This document shows positions 48,205 to 58,342 of a DNA stretch of 64,000 nt, piece by piece. The stretch is from Thermoanaerobaculia bacterium (GTDB lineage: Bacteria; Acidobacteriota; Thermoanaerobaculia; Multivoradales; Multivoraceae), in assembly GCA_963664405.1 (NCBI GenBank), contig OY761158.1:6020556-6084555 (forward strand). Reading direction: 5' to 3'. Position 1 is the stretch's first letter; each line of letters opens with the position of its first letter. The notes under the pieces were generated by a model, which worked only from the letters and a program-made list of their open reading frames with translations, was not told where the DNA came from and did no database searches. The translations under genes and the position numbers were made by a program.

Positions 48205-50331
48205 TCAGCTCGGTTTGAGCTGACGATGGCTGAAAGGCCCAGCGGCTTGATCGCTGTAGTGCGGCGAGTCAGGCCGATCGCTCTGGCCCAGCGGCACATA
48301 GATCCAACTGCGTGGCGGGTCGGTCAGGACTACGACCTGGGTCGAAGTCTGCCCACTCTCACCCCAGACCGTGCCGTCCTCGCGCTCGGGTAGGTAGCGC
48401 ACCACGCGCAACGTGCTCGTCCCGAGCAGGCCGCTGCCGCCGCCACCACCCACCGGCCAGGAGCGGTCGCCTCGGCCGACACGGTGGCGGTCCCCGTAGA
48501 CGGCGGTGAGGTCACCGTGCTGCCCGACCAAACGACCCGCCGCGGTCGCGAACGAGCTGAGGAACGCCCGTTCGGCGTCCTCCGTTACGGTCAGCGGCGA
48601 CCGCGTCTCGCCTTCGACGATCGCATACCAATCGTCGATGCCTGATGCGATCTCACGCAACCTCTCCTCGCCGAGGTCCTCGAGCAGCTGACGTCGCCAG
48701 AAGTCGTAGACCAGAGCGCCCGTCGAGTCGGCCTCCAGCTTCCGGTCCCAGCTCAGGATCTCATCGAGCGCCTCGCGGTAGAAGGGGGTGCCGGCTTTCT
48801 CACCGGCCAGCTTCTCGTCTGCGCGCCGCAGCGCCTCGATCCAGCGATCCGCACCATAGGGCACGACGTCGTTGGCGATCGCGATCGCGTCGGCGGCGGT
48901 CACCGAGTCGTCTGGCGCCAAGAGCTCCAGCGCCCGCGCCCCACGTTGGTTTGTCCACCCGGAGAGCTCCGCGCCGTAGGCATGGCTCGCGAAGAGATAG
49001 GGAAGGTGATCCTCGGGGTCGAAGGGCGAGTCCACGATCATCGCATCGGGCGGAATGTTACAGTTCTGCATATAGCCCTGTTTGGGATTGAGAACTTGAA
49101 GGTTGTCGGAGGATGGATGAAAGCCGAGCCATTCAGTCGCCGATGTCGAGCCATCCACCGGAAGGGACCAGTCGTAGCCCGGAGGGCGGCGCGGGACACG
49201 ACCGGCGCGGTGGTAGTAAATGTTGCCGGAGGTGTCGGCGACCATCACGTTCTGAGAGACCATGGTCTGGGCTCCGAGCCCTCTCACCGCCGCTTGGTAG
49301 TCGGTGCCGAAGTTCAGCTCGTGGGTGAGCTCGTTGGCGAACAAGACATCGACGTTGGAGATCTTCGCCGCGTAGGCCTTGCCGTCGTGCCGGGCAACGA
49401 TCGGGCCGTGGTGCGAGAACCACACGGTGTGGCTCTGGGTGGCTGCGCCCCTGACCTCGATCTCCAGCTGACGCGAGGTCATCGCCCGCCACTGCCCGTC
49501 GTAGAGGTAGTGGTGGGGGCGATCGTCGTCCACAACGAGCTCGTAGACGTCGGCAATGTCCGGGCCGCCCGTGGTGTACGCCCACGCCAGGTGGCGACTG
49601 TGTCCGATGGCGATGTAGGGGCCTCCAGCCATGTTGACGCCGCTGCCCTCGAGCGAGCCGGCGTGGATGCGGAACTCCCACCAGCGGGTCTGCCCATGCC
49701 AGCCGAGGTGCGGATCGCTGGCGAGGATAGCAGCGCCCTCCGCCGAGCGCGACGGGGCGATTGCGAACTGGTTCGAGCCGCGCGATTCCGCGATCGGACC
49801 CGCTTGTATTCCAGCCCTGCGCAGGTCGCCGTAGGCCTCGTCCATCGCCCAGACGAAGTGGGTGAAACGGCCGACCGCGAGCACCATGGCGGGCTCCGCC
49901 TGGCGCCCGCGCCACCACTCGGGCACATCCTCGGGGTGCGCCGCGTAGTAGTCGTTGATGCCACGCGTAAAGGCCTCGAGTTGCCCGAGATTCTCCGGCT
50001 GCAGATCCCCCAGGTGGCTCTTGATCACCGCGTAGTGATCCCAGATGCGCCCGCTCAGGTCGAGCTGCACGCCCTCCTCGCCCATCGCGGTGGCGTACTC
50101 ACCGATGCCCATGAGTAAATTCAGCGCCACCTGCTCCGGGCGGTCCTCCGTCTGTGCCCAACCCTGGGCGTAGAGTCCATCCGCAACGGTTGGAGCATAG
50201 ATGTGCGCGATGCCCCAGGTGTCGCGGTAGATCACCGTCTTGTCGGCATCGGCTCCGCTCCCCGGGAGATCGACGCCGGAGGAGCACCCTAGCAGCAGAG
50301 CTGTAAAGCAACCGGCGAAGACTCGTCGCAT
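48205..50331 (-). CDS. Penicillin-acylase-family (Ntn hydrolase) lipoprotein
   Basis: Lipobox LLLGCSSG. The internal SNQFAIAP resembles the autoproteolytic N-terminal Ser of the beta subunit. Length about 709 aa. Confidence 0.8.
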   Translation of the reverse strand: MRRVFAGCFTALLLGCSSGVDLPGSGADADKTVIYRDTWGIAHIYAPTVADGLYAQGWAQTEDRPEQVALNLLMGIGEYATAMGEEGVQLDLSGRIWDHYAVIKSHLGDLQPENLGQLEAFTRGINDYYAAHPEDVPEWWRGRQAEPAMVLAVGRFTHFVWAMDEAYGDLRRAGIQAGPIAESRGSNQFAIAPSRSAEGAAILASDPHLGWHGQTRWWEFRIHAGSLEGSGVNMAGGPYIAIGHSRHLAWAYTTGGPDIADVYELVVDDDRPHHYLYDGQWRAMTSRQLEIEVRGAATQSHTVWFSHHGPIVARHDGKAYAAKISNVDVLFANELTHELNFGTDYQAAVRGLGAQTMVSQNVMVADTSGNIYYHRAGRVPRRPPGYDWSLPVDGSTSATEWLGFHPSSDNLQVLNPKQGYMQNCNIPPDAMIVDSPFDPEDHLPYLFASHAYGAELSGWTNQRGARALELLAPDDSVTAADAIAIANDVVPYGADRWIEALRRADEKLAGEKAGTPFYREALDEILSWDRKLEADSTGALVYDFWRRQLLEDLGEERLREIASGIDDWYAIVEGETRSPLTVTEDAERAFLSSFATAAGRLVGQHGDLTAVYGDRHRVGRGDRSWPVGGGGGSGLLGTSTLRVVRYLPEREDGTVWGESGQTSTQVVVLTDPPRSWIYVPLGQSDRPDSPHYSDQAAGPFSHRQLKPS

Positions 50332-50360
50332 CCCCTCGGTCCGCCAGTAACGAAGGCTGC

Positions 50361-52007
50361 TCAATCCTTCCTCCCCTCTCCGTTGCCCGTCGGCGAGCCG
50401 CCGAGGCGCCGGCGCGCCAGCTCGCGGGCTCCGGCGTAATCGACTTTTCCCGACGGCGACCGCCCGATCGATTCCATGAGGAGAACTTCCCTGGGCGCCT
50501 TGTAACTGGCGAGTCGGTCTTTGGTCCAGGCGATCAGATCGCCCGCCTCGGGCGCGCGGCGAGGCTCGGGCTCGACCAGCGCTATAAGGCTCTCGCCGAA
50601 GCGTTGGTGGGGAAGGCCCACTACCACTGCGTCGCGCACCTCCGGGTGCTCCTTGAGCACCTCCTCTACCTCCTCGGGAAACACCTTTTCGCCGCCGGTG
50701 TTGATGCACAGCGAGCCTCGGCCCAACAGAGTGATCGACCCATCCGCCTCCACCGTGGCGTAGTCCCCGGCGACCGCCCACCTCACGCCGTCGTAGACCG
50801 GGAAGGTCTGTGCCGACTTCTCTGGATCTTTGTAGTAGCCGACCGGTATATAGCCACGCACCGCGATCCGACCGACGGTCTTCGAGCCCGGAGCGACCGG
50901 CTTGCCCTCATCGTCGAGGACCGCGGAGGAGTCACCAAGCTTGAATCTGGCGGTGCGCTCGGTCACCTCGCCGCTGGACTCGGACAGCGCCATCCCGAAA
51001 GACTCCGAAGAGCCCAGTGCGTCGAGCAGGAGCACGGACGGGTTGTAGCGCAGGAGACCACGCTTGACTTCTTCGCTCCACATCGCCCCCGAGGAGGTGA
51101 TTCCGAAGAGCGAAGACAGGTCCCAGCGGTCGGGATGGGCTGCAATGGCCTCCAGTAAGGGGCGGGCGAATGCGTCACCGACAATCACCGTGAGCTCGAC
51201 CTTGAAGCGGGTGATGGCATCGAGCATCTCGGTCGGGTCGAAACGCCGCGACTCGAGGGTGACGACGGTGCCGCCGTCGATGAAGGTCGAGATGCCTGTC
51301 ATCAGGCCGTTGCCGTGCATGAGCGGGCTCGCAGGCAGAGTGACGCGACCCGGACCTTCTCGTCGCTTTTGCTCGACGACGGCATCCAGCCCGTGGTCGA
51401 GGTCGTACGGACCGAGTGGTCGATGGCTGTTGTAGAGCCGGAGGAAATCGTCGTGCCGCCACATCACCCCCTTCGGCATCCCGGTAGTGCCTCCGGTGTA
51501 GAGCAGCAGGAGATCGTCACCGTCGCGCTTCCACGGCGGCGTCGCCTCGCGGCCACAGTCGGCGAGCTCTTCGAATGGGATCGCCCAATCCGGACAGACG
51601 CCGCTCGAGTCGTCGACGCAGATCCAGCTGTGGATCGCCGGCAGTCGCGAGCGCAACGGCTCGATCTGCTCCGCGAAGGAAGCGTGGAAAAAGACGGCGA
51701 CGACGTCCGCGTTTTCCCACAGATAGAAGAGCTCGGCTTCCTGATACCGGTAATTCGTATTGACCGGCACCAGCGACGCGATAAAAGCGCCGACCAGGGA
51801 CTCCATATACTCCGGGCAGTTGTACATGTACTGCGCAACCTTGTCCTGACGCTTGACCCCTCGCTCGAGGAGGGCTGCGGCGAGTCCGTTCGACCGCCGA
51901 TAGAGATCGCCCCAGGTGGTACGCCGGGTGCCCTGAATCTGCGCCACAGCGTCTGGATGGGCGCGCGCCGACGCTTCGATCAGGTCCGCGAAGCTCAATC
52001 CACTCAT
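50361..52007 (-). CDS. Acyl-CoA synthetase (AMP-binding, FadD-like)
   Basis: AMP-binding motif YTGGTTGMPKG and a C-terminal SGKVDY. The start is taken at MSGLSFADL. Confidence 0.9.
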   Translation of the reverse strand: MSGLSFADLIEASARAHPDAVAQIQGTRRTTWGDLYRRSNGLAAALLERGVKRQDKVAQYMYNCPEYMESLVGAFIASLVPVNTNYRYQEAELFYLWENADVVAVFFHASFAEQIEPLRSRLPAIHSWICVDDSSGVCPDWAIPFEELADCGREATPPWKRDGDDLLLLYTGGTTGMPKGVMWRHDDFLRLYNSHRPLGPYDLDHGLDAVVEQKRREGPGRVTLPASPLMHGNGLMTGISTFIDGGTVVTLESRRFDPTEMLDAITRFKVELTVIVGDAFARPLLEAIAAHPDRWDLSSLFGITSSGAMWSEEVKRGLLRYNPSVLLLDALGSSESFGMALSESSGEVTERTARFKLGDSSAVLDDEGKPVAPGSKTVGRIAVRGYIPVGYYKDPEKSAQTFPVYDGVRWAVAGDYATVEADGSITLLGRGSLCINTGGEKVFPEEVEEVLKEHPEVRDAVVVGLPHQRFGESLIALVEPEPRRAPEAGDLIAWTKDRLASYKAPREVLLMESIGRSPSGKVDYAGARELARRRLGGSPTGNGEGRKD

Positions 52008-52093
52008 GAGATCTCCAACGGCGACCGAGATAAGGGCAAGGCCGCCTGCCACGGATGCATAGCTGCGCAGGTCTTGGTCATGAAATCAGCATC

Positions 52094-52948
52094 TCAGCGA
52101 AGGGTGATCGTAGCGTTGCCGAGGACGGCGGAGGGCGGCTCACCAGCCGTCGCGGTGAGAAGGAGCCTGCCGTTGTCCCGCCATATCGACGTCACGATCG
52201 TCTGCCCCGGATAGACCACGCCAGAGAATCTCGCACGATAGCCGGCAACCCGCTCGACGTCACCGTCCAAAGCGGCGTCGATCACCGCCTTGCAGACGAT
52301 GCCGTAGGTGCAGAGCCCATGCAGAATGGGCCGCTCGAAGCCGGCCTTCTTCGCGAACTCGGGATCGACGTGCAGAGGATTCGTATCGCCGCTCAGCCGA
52401 TAGAGCAGAGCCTGGTGCTCGGCGGTTGGCGTTGAAGAGACGAGGTCGGGCTCCCGGTCCGGAACCCCGTCGGCCGCGCGAGGGCCCGACTCTCCCCCGA
52501 AGCCTCCTTCGTCACGAGCGAAGATCGAGAATCGGTTGGTGAACAGCGCCTCCCCTCCCTGCTCGTGGGTCACCGTCTCGACGACGATCAGCGCGGCGCT
52601 ACCCTTGTCCCAGATCTCCGCGATGCGGGCGCGAGTCTCGGTCTTCGCCTGCGCCGGGATCGGGCGATGCAGCTCCAGCGACTGCTCCCCATGGAGCACG
52701 AGCGCGAAGTTGATATCGACACCTGGCGCCCGAGTGAGCCCCCCGACAGCGCCGCCTACCGGGATCACGCCAAAACTAGGCAACACCTTCAAGCGGCTCT
52801 CGTAGGTGTACTCGAGCTCCTTCGGGTCGCGTGCCTTGCCAACGCCGGCGCCCACTCCGAGGTGGTAAAGGATCACATCGTTGGCGTTCCAGGAGGTCAC
52901 CCGCGTTTCCAACTCGGCACCTAGCGCCTTTTCGAGATCGATTGGCAT
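52094..52948 (-). CDS. MaoC-like (R)-specific enoyl-CoA hydratase with double hot-dog fold
   Basis: N-terminal hot-dog domain plus C-terminal MaoC domain (LSGDTNPLHVDPEFAKKAGF). Confidence 0.85.
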   Translation of the reverse strand: MPIDLEKALGAELETRVTSWNANDVILYHLGVGAGVGKARDPKELEYTYESRLKVLPSFGVIPVGGAVGGLTRAPGVDINFALVLHGEQSLELHRPIPAQAKTETRARIAEIWDKGSAALIVVETVTHEQGGEALFTNRFSIFARDEGGFGGESGPRAADGVPDREPDLVSSTPTAEHQALLYRLSGDTNPLHVDPEFAKKAGFERPILHGLCTYGIVCKAVIDAALDGDVERVAGYRARFSGVVYPGQTIVTSIWRDNGRLLLTATAGEPPSAVLGNATITLR

Positions 52949-52973
52949 CGAGGCTCCTCCCGCTCACGGCTCG

Positions 52974-55025
52974 TCAGTTAGCTGGGTGGGGGCCCGGCGC
53001 GCGCCGCGTGGCTGCCCCCCCGGGCTCGTACCAGATCGGGGAGGTCCAGGCGCGCTCCTGAACCGTCTTGGGTACGGTGGGATCGGCACAGTGTGCCGGC
53101 TGGCTCCCAGGGGCAGTCCCGATACATTCATAAGAGCTGTATCGACAGCTGGGGTTCTCGACCACCCGGGCGTAATAGAAGGCCCTTTTCGCAGGCTCGA
53201 AGTCGGGGTCCCGCCACACCGCGCAGGCAGAAGCAGAACCGGGGCCGCGCGGGGTACAAGTTTCGAGGTCGACGCTCGCTCCATTGTCGGCCGAGCCCGC
53301 GACATCAAGGACGGACTGGCGCGCACGACCCTCGCCGTCGACCCACCCCTTGATGATCTGAAGCCGTTGCAGCAGGCTGCCTGGAAGCTCGGCGGTGCCA
53401 GGGTCGCGCAGCGCCGAAACGACGAAAATGGGCGCCTCGGCGTGGTCCGGACGTGGCGGCAGATCTCCCCCCATCGGCACGCCTTCCGCGTACCCGCGCG
53501 CGACCATTTGAGCGTCCTCGCACAAGTCGTCCGGGTAGGACCAGCCGCCGAAGAAGCGAGCGGAAATGCGAGGACCGCTGGTGCCGTAGGTCTCGCGCCG
53601 CTTCATGCCGGAGAAGATCGCGTCCCTCGAGTTCTCGGTTGCCCATACCGCAACCAGGCCGCCCGGGCTGCGGGTCTTGTCCAAGCTCTGGTAGGCCGCT
53701 TCGTCGACCCGGCCCGGGGTGCCGTCATGCGTGTCCGTGCTCCCTATGATGCCCAGCTTGTAGGGATTGACACCGATCCGATCGGCCTCCAGCAACCCTT
53801 CTGCAAGCACGTTGCGGACGAAGTCCAGGCGCGATACGCATCCTCCTTTGCCGATCGCGCTGAGGATTCCACCCACCACTGGCTCCCAGTTGCCGCTCCC
53901 AGGGTCCACCGCGTCGAAATCACCAGCCGAGGTGTCGCCTCCACCCTCCGGGCATTCCACGATGGGGAGATGAACAGGCGGGATCTTCTCGAAGTCGCAG
54001 AGCTCATCCGCCGCTCCGATCAGCCCACCGAGGCCGTTTCGGCACTCCGAGTCGCCCTTGATCTGCATGATCTCGACAAGCGGCTCCATCTGCGCTCTGA
54101 AAGCGGCTTGCTCGGCCTGCTCGGCAACGGTGCGGGCCCCCGGATACTCGACCGCAAACATGCGACCGTGGCTATAGTTCGAATTGTGGGGGATGGTCAG
54201 CACCTCGCAGCCCCCTTCCGCGTCCGTGCAAGTGGCCTTCAGTTTTTTCCAGAGCCCCTGGGGTGTCGACTCCTCGACGTAGGTGACCGGCATCGCGGGC
54301 ACCGACGAGTTGCGGAAGATGACGTTGCGATGAAGATTGTGCCCCCCAGGGCTCGCGGTGTACTCGTATCCAGCGAAGGTGGTGAAGTGACAGGGGTCGT
54401 TCCAGCGCTCGGCGGCCTCGAGCGTCTGCCGCCAAGCGTCCGACACGGCGGCGCGGCAGCGGGACCCGTCGGCTCCGCAGATCGAGGCGAAGCGGGCAGG
54501 GCGCTGCGATATCAAGAACTGCCCAAGCACAAACATGCGAGTGCGGGTGCTCACCTTCCCATCTCCATCGCTGCGGTACGCCGAGCAGGCGCTCCTGTCA
54601 TAGACAGCAGAGGTCGGATCCGTGCAGAGCAAGGTCTCGGCGAGCAGCTCGCCATGGTCCGTCACCGCGGCAAAGTCGAGCGGTCGGGCGAGGCGCGTGG
54701 ACGAGCTGCCGATCGCTTCGCGGTCGAGTGCGGACAGACGAGCCTCGTCTCGTCGAGCGATGGCGTACGCACGATCGGGAGTCACTCGCGTATCGAAGGT
54801 CCACGCGTCGAAGGAAAAGGAGGTGTGCACATGCAGGTCGCCGAAGTAGGGGTTGCGAAGCTCGGTCGCGCCTGGGCAGGCGTCGTTGGCTTGCACCGCA
54901 GCCCCCGTCTCTGGGGCGGTTGCTTCCGCCGCCTCGCTGGGCTGTCTTTCCTCATTCGGGGAAGGCAGGGCCAGCAGGCCAAAGGCGAGACCGAGCGCGA
55001 GGACGGCAACGATGAAACCGCGCAT
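52974..55025 (-). CDS. DUF3604/PHP-like metallohydrolase-family secreted protein (paralog 2)
   Basis: Signal peptide MRGFIVAVLALGLAFGLLALP. PHP-like motifs GDLHVHTSFSFDA and TDHGE. Confidence 0.55.
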   Translation of the reverse strand: MRGFIVAVLALGLAFGLLALPSPNEERQPSEAAEATAPETGAAVQANDACPGATELRNPYFGDLHVHTSFSFDAWTFDTRVTPDRAYAIARRDEARLSALDREAIGSSSTRLARPLDFAAVTDHGELLAETLLCTDPTSAVYDRSACSAYRSDGDGKVSTRTRMFVLGQFLISQRPARFASICGADGSRCRAAVSDAWRQTLEAAERWNDPCHFTTFAGYEYTASPGGHNLHRNVIFRNSSVPAMPVTYVEESTPQGLWKKLKATCTDAEGGCEVLTIPHNSNYSHGRMFAVEYPGARTVAEQAEQAAFRAQMEPLVEIMQIKGDSECRNGLGGLIGAADELCDFEKIPPVHLPIVECPEGGGDTSAGDFDAVDPGSGNWEPVVGGILSAIGKGGCVSRLDFVRNVLAEGLLEADRIGVNPYKLGIIGSTDTHDGTPGRVDEAAYQSLDKTRSPGGLVAVWATENSRDAIFSGMKRRETYGTSGPRISARFFGGWSYPDDLCEDAQMVARGYAEGVPMGGDLPPRPDHAEAPIFVVSALRDPGTAELPGSLLQRLQIIKGWVDGEGRARQSVLDVAGSADNGASVDLETCTPRGPGSASACAVWRDPDFEPAKRAFYYARVVENPSCRYSSYECIGTAPGSQPAHCADPTVPKTVQERAWTSPIWYEPGGAATRRAPGPHPAN

Positions 55026-55044
55026 GCCCCCTACCCCTGTCTCA

Positions 55045-55842
55045 TCAACGATTACGGTACACCGGGGCACGTTTCTCGAAGTAGGCCTTCAGGGCTTCCC
55101 TGTGGTCTTCGGACTCGAAGAGCGTGTCGAGCACCTGCATCGCGTACTCGTCGAGATGCCGGGGATCCGCACTGAGCCCGTGCCGCACGATGCGCTTGAT
55201 CGCGCGTTGCGCCATGGGCGTTCCCAAACGCAGCTCGCCGAGGAAGCTCTCTACCGTTTCTTGCAAGGATTCCTGGGGCACGACCTTCGAGAGGAGGCCG
55301 AGCTTCTCCGCTTCCTCGGCCTCGACCGTCCTGCCGGTGAGAAGGAGCTCGTACGCGCGACTGAGGCCGACGATGCGCGGGAGGTAGTAAAAGCCGGCGA
55401 TGGTGCCGATCAAGCCCCTACGAACGTAGAGCCATCCGAACTTCGCCGTGTCCGCACCGATGCGTATGTCGCAGTAAAGGGCAAAGTCCATCCCCAAGCC
55501 CACGGCGAGGCCGTTCACCGCTGCGATGACAGGTTTCTCGCAGTCGATAATGAAGTCTCCTTCGACAACGTGGGGTTTGCGATACCGGTCAAACTCTCGC
55601 TCCTTCATCCGTTCCTCGAAATCTTCGGCCGCCCAAACCTGCTTCATGTCGTCGCCGGCACAGAACGCCCGGCCGGCCCCGGTGAGCACGATGAATCTCA
55701 CCTCGGAGTCGCTGTCTGCACTCTTGAAGGCGTCGCGGAGCTCTTCTCCTGTCTGCCAGCGCAGCGCATTGAGCACCTCGGGCCGATTCATCGTTATCCA
55801 CGCCGTGTCGTCCTTCACCTCGAAGCGGATGTCCTCGTACAT
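55045..55842 (-). CDS. Enoyl-CoA hydratase/isomerase (crotonase superfamily)
   Basis: Crotonase fold motifs (VLTGAGRAFCAGDD, AAVNGLAVGLG). Confidence 0.9.
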   Translation of the reverse strand: MYEDIRFEVKDDTAWITMNRPEVLNALRWQTGEELRDAFKSADSDSEVRFIVLTGAGRAFCAGDDMKQVWAAEDFEERMKEREFDRYRKPHVVEGDFIIDCEKPVIAAVNGLAVGLGMDFALYCDIRIGADTAKFGWLYVRRGLIGTIAGFYYLPRIVGLSRAYELLLTGRTVEAEEAEKLGLLSKVVPQESLQETVESFLGELRLGTPMAQRAIKRIVRHGLSADPRHLDEYAMQVLDTLFESEDHREALKAYFEKRAPVYRNR

Positions 55843-56206
55843 AGACTCGCTCTCCCCTCAGCGGTAGCGTGCCGCTAAGACTTTCTTCAGTTCGTTGTTG
55901 AATTGCATCACTCGCCCACAGCAGACCAGACCGGAGCGTTCGCTGCGGAGCCGGCAGGATCTTCACCCTCGCCAGCGCAGCCGCTCCTAGGCGCTCGACA
56001 TCGGACGGTCGAAACGCCAAAGAGAGTAGGACGTTGCGTGAGCATCATAGCAATCTGGCATCACTGTCAATTTATTAGTACGCTGCCTGATGGCAAGTCA
56101 TCGGCCCGCGCAGACAAGGCACGCCCACTGGTCGGACGGAAGAAAGGCGCGAGCCGCATCGACCTTGCGCAGAACGACAAAGACGTGACAAGGGGGACGA
56201 TCGCAG

Positions 56207-56401
56207 ATGGACTTCCACGACACCGCAGAGGACGCCGAGCTCCGCGCCAGAGCCCGCTCGTGGCTAGGTGAGCAATATCGGCCCAACGAAGCGGAAGACG
56301 CCGTCTTGTTGGATCGCGAAGACGAACCGCTCGATGTCGAGCGCGCCAAGGAGTTCCAGGTAAAGCGTGCAGATGCCAAGATCCCGCGGGGCCGCATCTG
56401 A
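56207..56401 (+). pseudogene. N-terminal 64-codon fragment of an acyl-CoA dehydrogenase. It is a diverged duplicate of the start of the ACAD gene at 61439
   Basis: MDFHDTAEDAELRARARSWLGE... versus MDFHDTAEDADFRARARSWLAE.... The upstream approximately 20 bp (ggacgatcgcagATG) is also duplicated. Confidence 0.75.
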
Positions 56402-56685
56402 TGACCGACACGTCGCTCCTGTTCAGCGTCGAGAATCACGTCGCACGAATCACTCTCAATCGTCCCCAGGCTGCGAACTCCCTGAACCTCGACCTTGCCA
56501 AGAGTCTGTTTGACGCCGCCGTGACTTGCGACGAAGACTCGGACATCCGGGCTGTCGTGTTGACAAGCACCGGGAAGATGTTTTGTGCGGGTGGCGATCT
56601 CAAGAGCTTCTGGAAGCACGAGCAGGATCTCGGTCGTCACCTAGAAGAGGTCGCCGCCCCGCCGAGCCGAGCCATGACATGTTGA
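56401..56685 (+). pseudogene. N-terminal fragment (94 codons) of a crotonase-superfamily gene, truncated where the amidase gene begins
   Basis: ARITLNRPQAANSL...VVLTSTGKMFCAGGDLK, then out-of-family sequence and a stop overlapping the amidase ATG. Confidence 0.65.
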
Positions 56686-58280
56686 CAACCGCACCACACG
56701 AAGAGAGCCAAGAGATAGTGGACCCAATCAAGGGGCCAGAGGCGACCTCGAATTCCTTATGCACCCGTAGAGCGGTGTTGACGGCCGCCGCCGGCGGAGT
56801 ACTGCTCAACACTCTGTCGGCGTGCCGGAGAAGCGCGTCCGGCGAGCGAGCCGACCGACCCCCGCCCACTAGAACCGCGGCCGCCGCCGGGGCGAGTGCC
56901 GGTGACCGCTCGCTCTTGTCCGCGCCCGTCACCACATTGCTCAGGGCACTGCGCGCAAGAGAGATCTCGTCGGAGGAGCTGGTTCGCCACTGCCTGGAGC
57001 GCATCACCGAGGTGAATCCGGTGCTCAACGCCGTCGTCACACTGGCCGCCGACCCGGCCCTGCGGGCCGCGCGCGACGCCGACCGTCTGAGCGCCAGTGG
57101 ACAGTTCAGCGGTCCTCTCCATGGGCTACCGATGACGATCAAGGACTCGCTCGACACCGCGGGAATTGTTTCGACCTGGGGCACGCTCGGCCGGGCCGGC
57201 TTCGTCCCCGAGGCGGACGCTACCGTGGTCGCGCGGCTGCGCGCAGCAGGTGCCATCGTCCTCGGCAAGACCAACACGCCTGAGCTCACGCTCTCTTACG
57301 ACACCGACAATCTCATCTTCGGCCCGACCCTCAACCCCTACGACATCACCCGCAGCCCCGGCGGGTCGAGCGGTGGCGCCGCCGCTATCGTCGCCGCCGG
57401 TGGCTCACCCTGCGACATCGGCAGCGACACCGGTGGATCCATTCGTTGGCCCGCCCATTGCTGCGGCATCGCCGGGCTGCGCCCGACCAGCGGCCGGGTC
57501 CCCAGGACCGGCCACGCGATCGGGTTCGGAACGGTGGTCGACCGGTGGACCACCCTGGGCCCGCTGGCGCGCTCCGTCGACGACCTCACGCTCCTCTTCT
57601 CGATCATCGCAGGACCCGACGATGTCGATCCGTCGATCGTGCCGGTGCCGATTGGAGATCCTCGCGCGGTGGACCTCACCGCTCTGCGAGTCGCCTTCCA
57701 CACCGACAATGGAATCGCAACGCCCACGCCGGAGATCCAAGAGGCGGTGCGACGGGCAGCGAGCGTGCTTGGAGAGCGGGGCGCAGTGGTCGAAGAGAGC
57801 CGACCGACAGGAATCGAGAACACCCGACTCGCGCATGGCGCGATACGCGCCGCCGACGGTGGGCACTGGATCCTGCAGCTTCTCGCCGAGGCCGGAACCA
57901 AGCGGCACGCGTTCGAGGCGCTGGAGCCGCGGCCCGTCGGCACCGCCATCGACCTCGAGGACGGGATCCGACGCTCGGACGAGCTACGGCTGCAGATGAC
58001 CGCCTTCTTCGCCGACTACGACCTGATCCTATCGCCGGTGAATGCCGGACCCGCACCCGAACGGCCCTTCGACCTCCAGCAGGCGCTCCCCAGCTTCAGC
58101 TACACCCAGACCTACAGCCTCACCGGTTGGCCGGTTGTCGTCGTCCGCATCGGGACCTCGCCCGAGGGCCTGCCGATCGGCGTTCAAGTCGTCGCACGGC
58201 CGTGGCGCGAGCACGTCGCCCTCGCCGTGGCCAAGCAGCTCGAGGAAGATCTCGGAGGCTTCGTGCCGCCGGCAATCTGA
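56679..58280 (+). CDS. Tat-exported amidase (amidase-signature family)
   Basis: Twin-arginine signal (TRRAVLTAAAGGVLL), GGSSGG signature, conserved Lys/Ser/cisSer context. Confidence 0.85.
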   Translation: MLTTAPHEESQEIVDPIKGPEATSNSLCTRRAVLTAAAGGVLLNTLSACRRSASGERADRPPPTRTAAAAGASAGDRSLLSAPVTTLLRALRAREISSEELVRHCLERITEVNPVLNAVVTLAADPALRAARDADRLSASGQFSGPLHGLPMTIKDSLDTAGIVSTWGTLGRAGFVPEADATVVARLRAAGAIVLGKTNTPELTLSYDTDNLIFGPTLNPYDITRSPGGSSGGAAAIVAAGGSPCDIGSDTGGSIRWPAHCCGIAGLRPTSGRVPRTGHAIGFGTVVDRWTTLGPLARSVDDLTLLFSIIAGPDDVDPSIVPVPIGDPRAVDLTALRVAFHTDNGIATPTPEIQEAVRRAASVLGERGAVVEESRPTGIENTRLAHGAIRAADGGHWILQLLAEAGTKRHAFEALEPRPVGTAIDLEDGIRRSDELRLQMTAFFADYDLILSPVNAGPAPERPFDLQQALPSFSYTQTYSLTGWPVVVVRIGTSPEGLPIGVQVVARPWREHVALAVAKQLEEDLGGFVPPAI

Positions 58281-58342
58281 GCGCGTGAGAAGGCCCCCTA
58301 AACTCTCGATGACCAGACTCTGAGCATATAATCCAGCGCGAC

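Noticed and set aside
48946-50118. 390-aa plus-strand ORF
   Set aside because: It lies antisense to the penicillin-acylase-family gene, which has a clear lipobox and Ntn motif on the other strand.
52881-55175. 764-aa plus-strand ORF
   Set aside because: It lies antisense to the DUF3604 paralog (PHP-like His motifs on the minus strand) and the crotonase gene. It has a Pro/Arg/Ala-rich low-complexity translation typical of a spurious high-GC frame.
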